Source: Gekko japonicus (lineage: Eukaryota). From it: a DNA stretch of 64,000 nt. Below the pieces are notes generated by a model. That model had not been told where the DNA came from, ran no database searches, and worked only from the letters and a program-made list of their open reading frames with translations. How positions within the stretch are numbered: the first letter of the stretch is position 1; each line of letters starts with the position of its first letter. The stretch is from the NCBI RefSeq assembly GCF_001447785.1, contig NW_015165235.1:2041403-2105402 (forward strand), given 5' to 3'. Shown piece after piece: positions 48,507 to 61,136 of this stretch. Both the position numbers and the translations under genes were made by a program.

Positions 48507-49099
48507 ATCTTAACAGAGGTTATAAAAACTGACATCTACATTTCACGGGGGGGGTTTATCTTTTTTTTTGGCTGATCATCAAATCTCGGATGTAAACTGC
48601 AATTTTTTCCTCCTGAAAAATGTGCATCACCTGTCTGTCTGAACACAGCAAGTGTCCTACCAGGTTACCCAGATCTCTGACTTCAGAATAGATTTTACTT
48701 CCCTCCACCACCTCCCCAAAACTAAGAAACATTCCAAGTCACTTGAAACAAATAATGCATAAATTATTTTTAAAGAAATTAGTACCTATTCTCTACACTA
48801 ACAAGGTACTATTCTCTACACTAACAAGTTTGAGTTATTTGGTAGTAACTAGTCAGCAGAAAGACGGGTTGTTAAGCCAAGAGATACTTTAAGGCATGAG
48901 TGCAAAAGAGAGCCAGTGAGACTTCAAAAATAAAGGTTTTCTGGCCAGTGAACCCAGGAGCAGGGTCTGCTCAGATCATAGCCACTGAGGACCTGAAAGT
49001 AGCCTTTATCGGAAAATGCAGCTGTGTGGTGCCTCTACAAACCCAATATAATGCACAGTTTTCCTTACAGTGCTAAGGAAGGACATGGTCTCAAATCTT

Positions 49100-49109
49100 T
49101 TTATTTATT
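49100..49109 (-). terminator. Candidate poly(A) signal of the RING-finger gene
   Basis: tttatttatt on + = overlapping AATAAA hexamers on -, ~1.3 kb downstream of the stop. Confidence 0.4.
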
Positions 49110-50419
49110 ATCCAAGATAAGACACTAAACATCAGTACAAGAATGACATACCATTTCTAATGGAATAGATGACATGAGATATGGGGGAAGGCTGCATAAT
49201 TTGAGTTTTCAGGTTGGTTTTATGAAGTTTTCAATGTGCCAAGAACAGTTGAAGAAATGACATTGACATACTAAACTGTTTATGCATCACACAACAGTTC
49301 CTAGAAGGAGAGAAATTTAAGTTCTCTGTTTTTCAGTAAATATATTCCATAATACTACAGTATAAAATATTAACACTAGGTTCCAAAGTTCATTAGACAA
49401 TTCCACTTGGGTATTTTCAGCTCTACCCTCGCAGTCCCCTACATAGCCAATGAAGAGAAAACTTAGTACCCCACACATGTAGAAGCAGTTTTGTATAGGC
49501 TTCTCTGGATCCCAGCCATAGCGGTTGAAGAAACAACTCTCTCTCTCTGAAATGTATCACAAATGCTACAGTAATATTCCTCTTGTAAAACTTTGGCTTA
49601 TGCTTCTATCTTCACAAAGGATTTGTTATAATAAAGGCACTACAAACCCCATTTTAAAGGTCTAAGCCACTGGTATATAGTTTAAGTTTCCCTTTCAATT
49701 CCATACTTTCACACCAGATTTTAGCTTTTTATGCTGGCCTAAACATGTATAAAGGATCACACAGAATAAATACTTGAAGAATTTCCACACGACTCCATCA
49801 ATTTTTGACATATGGAAGTTCAGGTAGCTTTTGAATTGTCTGAATCTGAAAACTAGCTACATTTGGTGCGTGGGGAGTTGCTATAACATTTATGCATTCG
49901 TAGGATTGTTAGGGCCCCTTCTGACCACCAAAAAGACTCAATTCATGTGACCCCTTTGTGTACAAAAGCTGTATGGGGCCGGTGCTGTAATGTGGAGAGA
50001 AATCAGGTGAGATTGAGCAGAAAAACTGGCAGGATCCAAGTTGTAGCATCTGTAGAGCCACTGCAAAGAACAGCCTTTGATCAGCTATAGAACTGTGCTT
50101 TCAGTAAGGAAAGTCCCATTCCTACAAATGAAATAATTCCTTTAAAAAGATTTGGGCAAGAAAGACAATCCCAAGAAAATCTTTGTTATCATATTAAACA
50201 ATTCTTTTAAGATTCATAATTGATTCTCCTTATGCTTCCTGAAATGCTATCCTTCAAGGCACAGCTGATGCCTGATCTTTAGCAGAGGGGATCCCATGTG
50301 TGGCCTTACTCAAGTGAGCAGCTCTACAGTACTGTTGGACTGCATCCCTTTTATGTGCATATTACGCAGGAGCAAGTCCAAATGTAGACAGAGGAAGCAG
50401 GAATTTGAGAGCTTCCTTT

Positions 50420-50653
50420 TTATATGACCGTGACCTCTCTTGGTTTCCGCTTCATACTTTCCAGTCGAGTTAGTGGTCGAACGTTTGTCCCTTTCTTGTT
50501 GCCATCCCGAGTCAATCGGTAATCTTTCTGGAGGCCCTTCACAAGCTCCAGCAATTCCTGTTTTTCAAGTTCTGCCTGCTCCAGTTTTTGACGGTGCTGC
50601 CTTTCAGTTGCCATCAGGGTATGTATATCAGACATCATCCGAGACATCTGACT
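50420..50653 (-). CDS. RING gene coding exon 5 (to stop)
   Basis: tttttag|SQMSRMMSDIHTLMATERQHRQKLEQAELEKQELLELVKGLQ...KPREVTVI*. Confidence 0.85.
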   Translation of the reverse strand, partial: SQMSRMMSDIHTLMATERQHRQKLEQAELEKQELLELVKGLQKDYRLTRDGNKKGTNVRPLTRLESMKRKPREVTVI

Positions 50654-53600
50654 CTAAAAAGTATTAATACAAGTGGCTTTTAAATGAAAGCTGTGTTATC
50701 CGTTAAGCACTCTTCAGAACTACAAACTTAAGAAGGTCACAATTTTCTGTCTCATTTGTGCCTTGCCCTCCTCCCAAGGAATTCAGGGGAGGACTGTGGC
50801 TCAGAGGCAGAGTATGCAGAAGGTCCCAGGTTCAGTCCCTGGCATCTCCAGTTAAAGGATCTGGGATGCAAAAGATCTCTGCCTGAGACCCTGGAGAGCC
50901 ACTGCCAGTCTGAGTAGACAATACTGACTCTGATGGACCAAAGGTCTGATTCAGTATAAGGCAGCTTCATGTGTTCATGCGTCTAGCCACACTGGCAGTG
51001 GATGGCTTTCTTGTCAGCTGTAACATCCCTGAATCTGTCACATTCATTGGGAAGAGTGCAACAATAGGCTCAAGAACTTGCACGTGCCATTCTCTCCAAT
51101 CTATTGTTTTGGTGGGCTGTACACCATACTTCTTTGACCCAGTAGCCTGAGGTTCCAAACGCTGTGCAGACCAACAATTAGCAGCAATTCATCAAATCTG
51201 AATTTTGATGGCTCCAGACAATTTATTTCATGGATCTCCCCCATACCCAGAACCATTTCAGACTGGTTCCATACCCTCGAAGATTGACCTGCTCTGCTCC
51301 ACTGTGCTATTTTCTATCCCAGTGTTCACCAGTGCAAGGCACACTGGCACACTGTCATAATGAGCTTCAGGTCCCAGATGCTGCTGTGTGCATGGGAACT
51401 GCTGGGTAGTGCTGCTCATACTTGCAGGCAGCAGCATTTAGAGCCTGCTGCCTTAGTAAGCATGGAAAGGACAGGAATGAGGGCTGTTAGCAGTTGGAGG
51501 GCTGGATGGCAAAGAAGGCTGAAGGACAATTTTGGAATCAGTCTGACTTACAAATCAGAATGATTACAAAGGTCTATTCAACATTCATATGACTGGTTTG
51601 CACATCACCTAACACCTGCTTCCCTGGGTTTCTGACGGGATTCCTGATGCTCAAAGCATTACTTCAAAAAAAGTATATGTTATAGCTACTTGAAAACACA
51701 ACATTCAGCAAGGAATAAATTAGACAGAGGCATTAAGTCACTAAAAGAAACCATTTAGGGAAGCAAAATTATCCGAGAGGTAAATGTAGTACAATTCAGT
51801 ACAAAAATTATACATATACCTTGAGCTCTTCAATCTCATTTTGCAAAAGACTCTCTTTTTGCACCATATGTCTCCTTTGAAAATCTAATCTGGATTCCAT
51901 CTCATGTTTTGCTTCTTCCATTCTGCAGACCATCTCTGACCTAGAAAATATATTTTTTAAAACCTAAAAATGAAACACTATTTCTACACACACAAAAAGC
52001 TGTTCTGACAGTATTTAAAATACTGTTCAGTTATGGCAAAACAACAATCACCTTCAGAAACTGCTCTGCCAGCTTCCTGTAGTCCTGCACACATCACAAG
52101 TCTTTAGAAGCAATTTAGCCTCTTGTTGAGAATCTGTCCTTTCCAATAATGGCAGAAATAACACACAGAAGATAGACGGTTGCAAACTCTTCCAAGGACC
52201 TTAGCATCAGTTCATCCTACTTACTTTCAATAGGTTTTAGCGTGCTTTCACACAAAAATGCGTATGTTTCAAAGTTAGGCCATTTAGCTTAGTAGAAATT
52301 TAGGAAAGTTTCACAACTCCCCAAAGTGATGATGTAATAGGAAAAAGCAACAAGACAAGATGGTTGAGGTCTGTGATCACAGTAGTGTTAATGCAGAATG
52401 CATTATTAGGGCACAGATAATGAGTCAGTAGCGCTATTTAAAAAATGGTACTCAATCCCATCAAGGTGTTTTAACACTCTGAAAACTTGAATTATTCCAG
52501 AATCTTATTTGTAAATGGAGAGTGTCTGTTTCCAGCTTCACTTACCAAGATGATCAGTGCTTGCTGAGCAACTAAAGGAATAAGCCTGGAGATACCAGTA
52601 GAAAAAGATGGGAAGAATAGCAAAGCTGCAGGAAGACCAAGAAAAAGGAATGAAGAACAGGAAAAGGGCTGAGTATTTTCTAGGCAGAGGTGATGAACTG
52701 TGCAAATACGATAACATGCTGGAAATATTCTAACTGGAAGGAAACCCTCAAATGTGCATTAAAAAGTGGTCCACGCAGAAAACAATATTAGAGAGCAGGA
52801 GCGGAGTTAAGCAGACATTTGTCAATTCTCTGCCTCTCTGCTAGGCTTCCCTGCTTCATCTTTCTAGTCTTTCTTTTGCTCCGGAATCTCAGGCTTTGGA
52901 ACCCCCCTCCCCTGCAAATTCCCTGAAAGCCTAAACTGTGATTCTTGGCTACACATAATAAACACTCACTCTGGCTTATAATGGCAATAATTTCTGTGCC
53001 ATCCTGTGGCACAGAACATGGCTGACAGTTTCTTTTTAATATTGAACAACTATTGTCCAAGGAGGGAGAAAGAGGGTAATCGACTAGAGATTGACAAATG
53101 GGAGGAAAGCCACACCCAAAAGACTTATATAGAGATGGGCAAAACAAAGTTTATGATCAGATACTAAATTCTGTCTAAAACATCATTCTCTCATTGCTGA
53201 TTTGACAATAATCAAATGTGATCAAAGATTATTTTTAACCTTCCATACATTTGAAGTCATACTCGTTTATAGAGGTTTTTTCCTGTTAATCCAAGATAAA
53301 TATGCATCACATTTTGACATGCCAAAATCAGCTGAATTATCAGTCCATAAACTTGTGCTGGATGAATGATATTTAGTTTTGAAGACAGACATTTTACATT
53401 ACAGTAGAAGCTTTGTTATCTAGCATTTGATTATGCAGAATGCTCAGTTAGCCAGTACAGCCCAGAAAGCAACCTCTTCATATGCCATGTTCCCCCCACA
53501 GCCTGCCTCATGCACTCAGGAGACAGCTCTGCCGAGGGGCTCCCAAGGTGCTGGCCCAGTTGTCTGCCTGCTGCATGAAATGGCTCTGCGGCTGGGGAAG

Positions 53601-56600
53601 TGGGGAGGCTCTTGCCAGTTGCGGGGTTGTCACTCTGGCATTCCCTGTGGGGATGGGGTCTGGTTGCTGCAGATTCCTCTCAGGAGAAGGCAGAGAAGAG
53701 CAATAAGCTGGAGAAGTCTGCATATTTGATTAAAGGGCAACTCTCATTCCCCATGTGGGACTACCCTGGCGTTCCCTATGCGGTACCAAGAAATGGTTGA
53801 CTTGTTGACTATTTCAGTGAATTTGGCACAATTTTTATAAATTGAAAAAGAGTACAAGGAGATGGCAGTGGTCACAGTTCATGAAGCTAACACTGCTAAC
53901 CACCAGAGAGCTGCAGAAACACCAGAGTTTGTTTTCAAATAGTTCCTTTTGCACATCAATGAACACACAGACTATTAAAAATACTGGAAATTCAAAGAGA
54001 TACTAGTTGCAATAATTAACTATCAATGAATGCCTTTTGTTTCAGAAAATGTGAATAGTCAGAGAAAAAGAGAGTTACTCTACTCACCTGAGCAGTTCTA
54101 GTTCTGTTCTCAGCTCTGCCATGCAACTGTGTGGTGCACCTTCAGCTCGGAGACTGCTGTACCCACAGCCATTGGGGCATTCTCGGCTTCGGTATTCACA
54201 CTCTGCCAAGTGGCTATCTAAGTTGCATCGTTCAACCTGGACTGGGCAGCCTGAACAGAAAGCAGTAGATCAGAGGGGAAGCAGTAAGCACTAGTTTTCA
54301 GTGCAATCCTCAGCAGAGCCCAGAGCCATCAATGGACTTAGAAGGGTGGTAACTCTTCTTCGGATTGTACTGTTTATCCTAGTTCGTATCAGAGCCAGAA
54401 TTATTTCAACATCCCATGATAGTCCAAGTACATATGAAATGTTAACAAGCAAATGGCTTCCTGTGTTATTCCATTATCCAACTATGTCAGTGCCAAACTA
54501 GAGAGGACACGAGGTTCTTAATTAGGACTTCTCATCTTTTTAAAAAAAGTTCAAATCAGCCACGTGGAGCTGATGTGGGATGGAAAAATTCCCATTCCTA
54601 TATTGTTCATAGAAATGTTTACATTTCTAAAATGCATTTGTCATTAAAGTGATTAGAAATGTAATGAATGGATATAATACCATTCCAACTGGGGAACTGA
54701 AAGTTACATGATAAAGTGGATTAGTGCACAACAGTGGCATATCCAGTATATTTCTCTAGGTGTGGTAGCTGTCAGTGCCTAAATTTTCTTTCTTAAAATT
54801 TAAACAATGGAAGGGTAATATATGCTATTGATCCATCATTTCTTAAACATTATCAGAAGTGAGAGGAGCAATAAGAAAAGACCTTTTCAGTTGTGGCACC
54901 CTGATTATGGGAACACCCTCCCCTTATCTGCTTCCCTGCCACCAAGTTTCCTAAGCTTGTAGTATCAAGTGAAGAGCTAGGGAGCAATCCTAAACAGGTA
55001 TACTTGGGACCAAGTTTCATGTTATTCAATGGAGATTACTTCCAGGACATCACATGATTGCCCTTAGGCCTGCAGCATTATTAAGCACGAACTGGCACAA
55101 ATTTGCTAATTTGAAGTTTATAGAAAATCAAAGAAAAACCGGGGAGATGTTGATCCCAGATCTGTTGCACCATGCCTATTTTAGCCTTAGGTTAGTGTTT
55201 CCTATGGCTGGACAGGTACAAGAACTTCCACTGGTGTGCAGTAAAAGGAATATTAGCTCCCCAAACATTGGTGCCAATCCATCATAAAAGCCATACTGTT
55301 TCAACTAATCCTAGCAAAAAGCAGAGGGGAGTTCACAGAGAAATACCACTCAATAACAGCCACCAACTGTGAAGCCTTCTTGATCTATATTCTAAAAACA
55401 TGGAACTGAATTCAAAAGAAAATGGAGAATGTCCTGCTTGCAAGGTAAAAAGGCATTTCTCATACATCTCTGCCTACCAGCATTAGAACAGGGGATCTGG
55501 CTGTATTTACACTCGCGTTCATGTCTGTCAATGGATTCCAGTGAACACACCATTTCACAACCGCATTCTTTGTTTCTGCAGTGAAGCTGGAGTCGATTAA
55601 GATCATTCTTCATGTACCTGGATATAGAAGTTATTTCTTTTCATCCTTACAATACTGTAAAATTGTTTATATGATATATTGCAAAAGAAATATTATCTAT
55701 TTAATAAATAATACATTCTCATAACCAAATCCGTTTTACACACCGATTTCATATCAATAACATGCCAAAACATACATATGGGCAGATTATATCTTGAAAT
55801 CCCAGTATATTAGAAATACAGACCAGCATTCAAATGTATTCACTCTAAAATTTGATGTGATTTGCACACAATTTGATCATTAAATTATTCATCATTCTTT
55901 TAGGTGCTTTTTCATGTTTCCAATTTGTTGCTATACTAATTTTGCCACAGTCCGTAGATTTATAACTATTTCTAAATCTACATACAATACATCATATTTT
56001 AAATAACAATATTATTACCATGGTTCATTAGTAATCTGCATCTTGTAATTTCAAATACTTGGTCCAAAACACCAATACAAAAAGCTTGAATCTTCTGGCA
56101 TGTCTAAAAGATATGTTTAAAATCTGTTCTATTAGCATAGCACCACCAACATTTATCACATCTATTTTATATATTAAACTTATTCTGTCTTGCATCAAAT
56201 AACCATTAGTACTGAATTTTAACAAAGTTTTCTTTTTAAAAATAAAGGTTCATTTGGAAGGGATGTATTCCATACCAATTTCCAATCAGAATCCTTAAAT
56301 CCTTTCCCATTTTTTCCAAAATGTAGGGACTGAGTAATCTAGTTCTGCCAACACGTGATAAATGGAAATATTCAACAATAGAGAAGGCAATTCATACAGA
56401 AGTCAATGAAATACAGTTATATTCTTTTAAGAAGAATTCTGATGCTGAATGAAAGTGACTAAATTTGTTACGCAGCTTAGATAATTTCACCTTTGTTTTG
56501 ATAACCTGAAGTTAGTGTACAAAAAGGAGGGGAAGCCCCACCATTGCCTTTATAATGCCGTCAATCAGAGCTAGCGATGGGAGTGATGTGTCCCAAGTTA

Positions 56601-56815
56601 GTTACACACCTGTAGAGAGGTTGGAGGTTGGACAGATCAAGTGGTTGACGGTCCTCTGGGCAGTTATTGTAATGGACAAGCCATCCTTGTATGCAGGAAG
56701 TGCAGAAAGCATGTTCACAAGGAGCCTGCAGGGGATCTTCTAGAACATCTCGGCAGATGCAGCACAAGAGACCCTCGTTAACATAACCGACGAAGCGCTC
56801 AGTGTCATAACCCAT
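50420..56815 (-). CDS. RNF151/RNF41(NRDP1)-like RING-finger E3 ubiquitin ligase, 287 aa, 5 coding exons
   Basis: Exons 56815-56610, 55617-55478, 54250-54088, 51940-51820, 50653-50420 join in frame (864 nt) with GT-AG sites. MGYDTERF start; C3HC4 RING (CCICRDVLEDPLQAPCEHAFCTSC...CPEDR); SIAH/TRAF-type Zn fingers; coiled-coil tail ending REVTVI*. Confidence 0.92.
50786..50980 (+). mobile_element. tRNA-derived squamate SINE (Squam2-like)
   Basis: gtggctcagaggcagag A box, ggttcagtccctggc B box; decayed relative at ~3720-3805. Confidence 0.7.
51820..51940 (-). CDS. RING gene coding exon 4
   Basis: SEMVCRMEEAKHEMESRLDFQRRHMVQKESLLQNEIEELK; tctag / gtatat. Confidence 0.88.
54088..54250 (-). CDS. 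RING gene coding exon 3
   Basis: GCPVQVERCNLDSHLAECEYRSRECPNGCGYSSLRAEGAPHSCMAELRTELELL; ttcag / gtgagt. Confidence 0.9.
55478..55617 (-). CDS. RING gene coding exon 2
   Basis: YMKNDLNRLQLHCRNKECGCEMVCSLESIDRHERECKYSQIPCSNA. Confidence 0.92.
55640..56520 (-). mobile_element. Decayed AT-rich L1-like LINE fragment
   Basis: Composition and broken ORF2-like translation; weak. Confidence 0.4.
56610..56815 (-). CDS. RING gene coding exon 1 (RING domain)
   Basis: ATG at 56815; donor AG|gtgtgt; upstream acceptor candidate at 56839. Confidence 0.92.
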
Positions 56816-58599
56816 TCTTGCTACAGACCTTTAGCCAACTAGAGTAATGAAACAGAATCAGTGTTGCTGGAAAACCACAACTATTTCTCATGCTGTCTTT
56901 GAAAGGGAAGGGAGCATTTGTAACACACCTGCATGCTGCATCTATAACGCCAAGAGGACAAGAGAACTATAAGGACAAGAGAACGTGTCCTATGAACAAC
57001 ATGGCAGGAGGTATCTTGCATGCCATCCTACCTCACCAGAGGGCCATAGGCATATGCTCCAGAAAGTGGACTTGTGTTAGGACTTGTTTACAAGGATTTG
57101 ATTTAAACAGGCTAACAGACACAAATGTTTCCATAGTATGGCTAAAGGTCACTGTATACAAAATCTCTACCACCTTATTTCTGGAAATGGGGAGATAATA
57201 ATAAATAAATATGCAGAGGCAAATGGCAGGAAACTGGAAGCTTTAAAAAGTCATTTGAGATACAGCATCCTTTTTTCCTGAGTTGTGGGTCTACTGGAGT
57301 ACGGAATTGAGATCTCACCCCTTCAGTTACGTTAAACCAGACTGTACATTTGGGAATAAATTATTATAATATTTATCATGTATACAGCACCATCAATGTG
57401 CATGCTTTAGAGATTATGAGAATACAGGAGTTTATGTGTTACAATATACTTTCTGTAGTTCACGACATTCAGCTGAACATCTCTGTGATGTGATGTGTAA
57501 CTCCTTGAGGGAGAAGCAGCAGACTACAAAAACTTTTCTTACACTGCTTTTTTAACCAATATAGACTCTAAAATTAAAGCATTGCCAATTAGTCTGGAAA
57601 CTGAATCAAAATGGGATGGAAAACAGATTGTGGTATCAAAAGGGTTGTTCTATGAAAGGATAAGAAATTTCATAGCTAAATAAATCTGTTAGAGGTTATA
57701 ATGGCCTGCCTAAAGGACCTGAATACAACTTTTGACTTTTCCCAAGTATGCAAAGCCATAAATTAGATAAAAGGAACACTTACCCTGTCCTGTTAGTTCA
57801 ACTGCTTTTATACAACAAGAAAGTTCACTTTTAGGAAAACCAACACGAGCCTTAATCATAGGCTTTTTTACATTGTGCCAGATTTCAAGGTAATATTACA
57901 CTGTTTTTGGACACTCTAATTTCTCCTAATGGTAACTCACTGAAATGGGTTACCTTTTCCTTTCCTTTTTCATAATTAAATGCACAAATAAATGGAAACA
58001 TTTAATCCAAATATAAAGTCTTATATTTTCACATAAGCGGCCTGCTGTGCATCCTGTAAATACGTTGTTACTCTCCTACTTTCAGTTGGAAAGTGTTAAA
58101 TGTGTGCTTATCTTTTCCACCACAACTGACACAAGTAACCAACTTTGACTGGATCATGCCCAATGTTTTCTGCTTATTGTTGACAGGCTCTCAGTGTTCC
58201 ATAATGGAAACAGTATCCACTTTTTTTTGCCCTGGCTCTTCAATAATACTCACCATTCATCTTTCAAGTGTTTTCTTAAAGTTGTTTTTCTAAAATGCAT
58301 CTTTCAAAGATGATCTCTCACCTCCAAACATGATAGAGTTTAGTTTGGTTTGTACTATTCTCCTAGGTGTTGAGAAAATACTGAAAATGTGCCACTCACA
58401 TTTCTCGTAAATTAAGTCCTACTGAGTTCAATGGCATTTCCTTTCACCCAAAACAGCATATTAGTCTACATTTTCCTTTGTATGTTTACTCAGAAGTAAA
58501 TCCCACGAAGTGCAATGGGCTTTGCTTCTATACAGAATACCTTACAGTCTGACCCTGTGCCAATTTTACTCCCCAGTAAGCAAACATAAGGGTTATAGC

Positions 58600-58805
58600 C
58601 AGTGTTCCCTCTAAGCTGAATTAGTGTGAGCTAGCTCACAGTTTTTTAGCCTCCGGCTCACACATTTTTGTCTCAGCTCAGGAAGGATGGCTCCAGAGCA
58701 AACTAATTTATGCAGTAGCCAAATCGCTTGCTCACAACTTTAATGCCAGTAGCTCACAAAGTAGAATTTTTGCTCACAAGACTCTACAGCTTAGAGGGGA
58801 CATTG
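58600..58805 (+). mobile_element. 206-bp hAT MITE (same family as 8651-8856, opposite orientation)
   Basis: TIR cagtgttccctctaagctg / cagcttagaggggacattg; perfect TSD GTTATAGC. Confidence 0.9.
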
Positions 58806-59219
58806 GTTATAGCCTGAATGTACATTGTTCCCTGTTTTGGAAATTCACAAAACCAGATCCTAAAGTCTTACCACAAAGCCCATAATGTCATAAATGAAAC
58901 TTCAATCATTTTATTATTAAAATTACAGGTAGCCTTGTATGATACTAATTCCAGCGGTGTAACCCTGTTGTAGAAAAATTAAACAGGAGTCCCGTGGCAT
59001 TTTAAGGACTAACAGAGGCGATTTCAGGGCAAGTCACAGCTTGCTTCATCAGATGCAGACTTGTGACATCCTACAGATTAATAATATTCGGTAAGTCTTT
59101 TAAGGTGTGACAAGACTACTGGCTGCAGCAGAATAACAGGACCTACCTCATTCTAATGACCGTAAATAAGGTCTAGCATTCGTTATATTATGTCCTTACA
59201 AGAAAAATCATAAAGCCAA

Positions 59220-59900
59220 AACCCACAATCTCCGATGCCAGCCCAGCTCGACCACCTACAGCCGCCTCCTCTGTCCCAGGGCCAGGTCTTCGCCTCCCCT
59301 CTTACTTCAAGAGACCCCGCGCGACATCAATCTCTCCATCAGGGAGGGGCGCACTTTCCTCCCCTGCCGCCAGGAGGAGAAGAAAATGGCTGATAGCGAA
59401 GCCCTCCTCTAACCACAGAGCGCCACCCCCTCCTTCTCCCGTTCGGTTGCCATGCAGCTTCGTTAAGTGCTGTAAATAGCACGTAGCCCGGACAACGGGA
59501 AGAAGAAGATACCATTTTGCGACACACATCGGCCATGTTGAGCGGTGGGGGAATTGCGTGTCGGGCATGCGCAATAGCGAACTTGCTCGCGCCTACTTTT
59601 AAGAGCGGTGACAGGAGGATGTAGAGGGAAGGGTTTTAAAAAAAGGACCAAAGCAGTACGCTTGGATCATTGAGCATGCGCAGTAAATTGGACGGTCACT
59701 GGGAAAGAGGATTGGCCTACCGGCAAGTGTTGACATCGACTGCGCATGGGCAGTTGGGTTAGGATTCGATGGCGCAGCCGTAGCCTCCGTGTGGCGGGAC
59801 CGTTGAATTGGAATGTGAGTGCGGTTGGGTAGCCAGGGACCGGGACGAATTGAGGGCGGTAGTGGAGACTGCTAGTGGGCATTTTTACGGATCAAAGAGA
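59220..59900. promoter_or_regulatory. CpG-rich bidirectional promoter (RING gene / RAD54B) with putative non-coding first exons
   Basis: CpG-dense island between divergent genes. NRF1-like GCATGCGCA at 59565 and 59674, TGCGCATG at 59741; ATTGG (CCAAT box) at 59711; YY1-like CCATTTT at 59512. Outward-facing donors: - strand GAA|gtaaga at 59305, + strand AAT|gtgagt at 59815. Confidence 0.75.
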
Positions 59901-60307
59901 TGGTACAGCCATTCCCGCCTTTTAAGTGTACAATACGGTTCAGCTGCTAGGGTTGCCAACTCCATTTTGGGGAAATCCTGGAGTGTTGTAGGGGGAGGGA
60001 TCTCAGGGGGTATAATGCCATAGAATCCACCTTCCAAAACAGATATTTTATCCAGGGGAACTGATATCGGTGGTCTGGAGATTCGTTGTTGATTGGGAAG
60101 ATCTCTGGGCCCCACCTTAAGGCTGGTATGCTTGTGGTACTTCAGTTTTCCAAAAATTCATTTTCTATATTGCTGTAGCAGTTTCTTTCTCTGCCTTTCT
60201 CTCCTAGCTTTAGAAAACCTGTAGTGCCATTCTAAGCAGCGTTATACCCAGATGTCACAGACGGGGAAGGATATAGCCATTTGCTGTGGCACTGTTGGTG
60301 TTTTTAT

Positions 60308-60725
60308 NNNNNNNNNNNNNNNNNNNNNNNNNNNNNNNNNNNNNNNNNNNNNNNNNNNNNNNNNNNNNNNNNNNNNNNNNNNNNNNNNNNNNNNNNNNNN
60401 NNNNNNNNNNNNNNNNNNNNNNNNNNNNNNNNNNNNNNNNNNNNNNNNNNNNNNNNNNNNNNNNNNNNNNNNNNNNNNNNNNNNNNNNNNNNNNNNNNNN
60501 NNNNNNNNNNNNNNNNNNNNNNNNNNNNNNNNNNNNNNNNNNNNNNNNNNNNNNNNNNNNNNNNNNNNNNNNNNNNNNNNNNNNNNNNNNNNNNNNNNNN
60601 NNNNNNNNNNNNNNNNNNNNNNNNNNNNNNNNNNNNNNNNNNNNNNNNNNNNNNNNNNNNNNNNNNNNNNNNNNNNNNNNNNNNNNNNNNNNNNNNNNNN
60701 NNNNNNNNNNNNNNNNNNNNNNNNN
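60308..60725. other. Assembly gap
   Basis: Run of N; followed by a hAT-like right end (gccatcactg|gcctagac near 60862). Confidence 1.
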
Positions 60726-60998
60726 GGATATAAATTTAATAATAAAAATAAAATATATAAATAAATAATCAGGTTAAATTACCATGTTGGCACTTTGCGA
60801 TAAATAAGTGGGTTTTGGGTCGCAGTTTGGGCACTCGGTCTCTAAAAGGTTTGCCATCACTGGCCTAGACACTTCTATCTTTGCTCCGTGGTTTGATGGG
60901 AGGTATAGCCACGAGCATGAGTTATGGGAAATACTTCAGGTTGGCTTCTACAGCAAGCTTCTTTGTCATTGTGTTTCAGACCATCAGCTGAATGGAAC

Positions 60999-61136
60999 AT
61001 GAGGCGTTCTGCAGCTCCAAGTCAACTGCTGGGGAATTCAGCCAAAAAACCAAGGTTTATGCCTCCAGGGAAAGCCAATTCGGTTTATTTGAAGAAAGAG
61101 CCTGACAACTCAGACCTAGAAATTAAAATAACTAAG
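60999..61136 (+). CDS. RAD54B: RAD54B first coding exon
   Basis: Acceptor tttcag at 60979; MRRSAAPSQLLGNSAKKPRFMPPGK matches the RAD54B N-terminus as remembered (MRRSAAPSQLQGNSFKKPKFIPPG); donor AAG|gtagtg; same-strand position downstream of VIRMA matches human synteny. Confidence 0.92.

Noticed and set aside
51275-51518. Possible extra exon of the RING gene (acceptor ccttcag, donor GG|gtatgg on -)
   Set aside because: Stops in all frames tested, and exons 4 and 5 already join in frame; no support for a poison exon without transcripts.
60252-60768. Long ORFs in the track
   Set aside because: Artefacts of the N gap.
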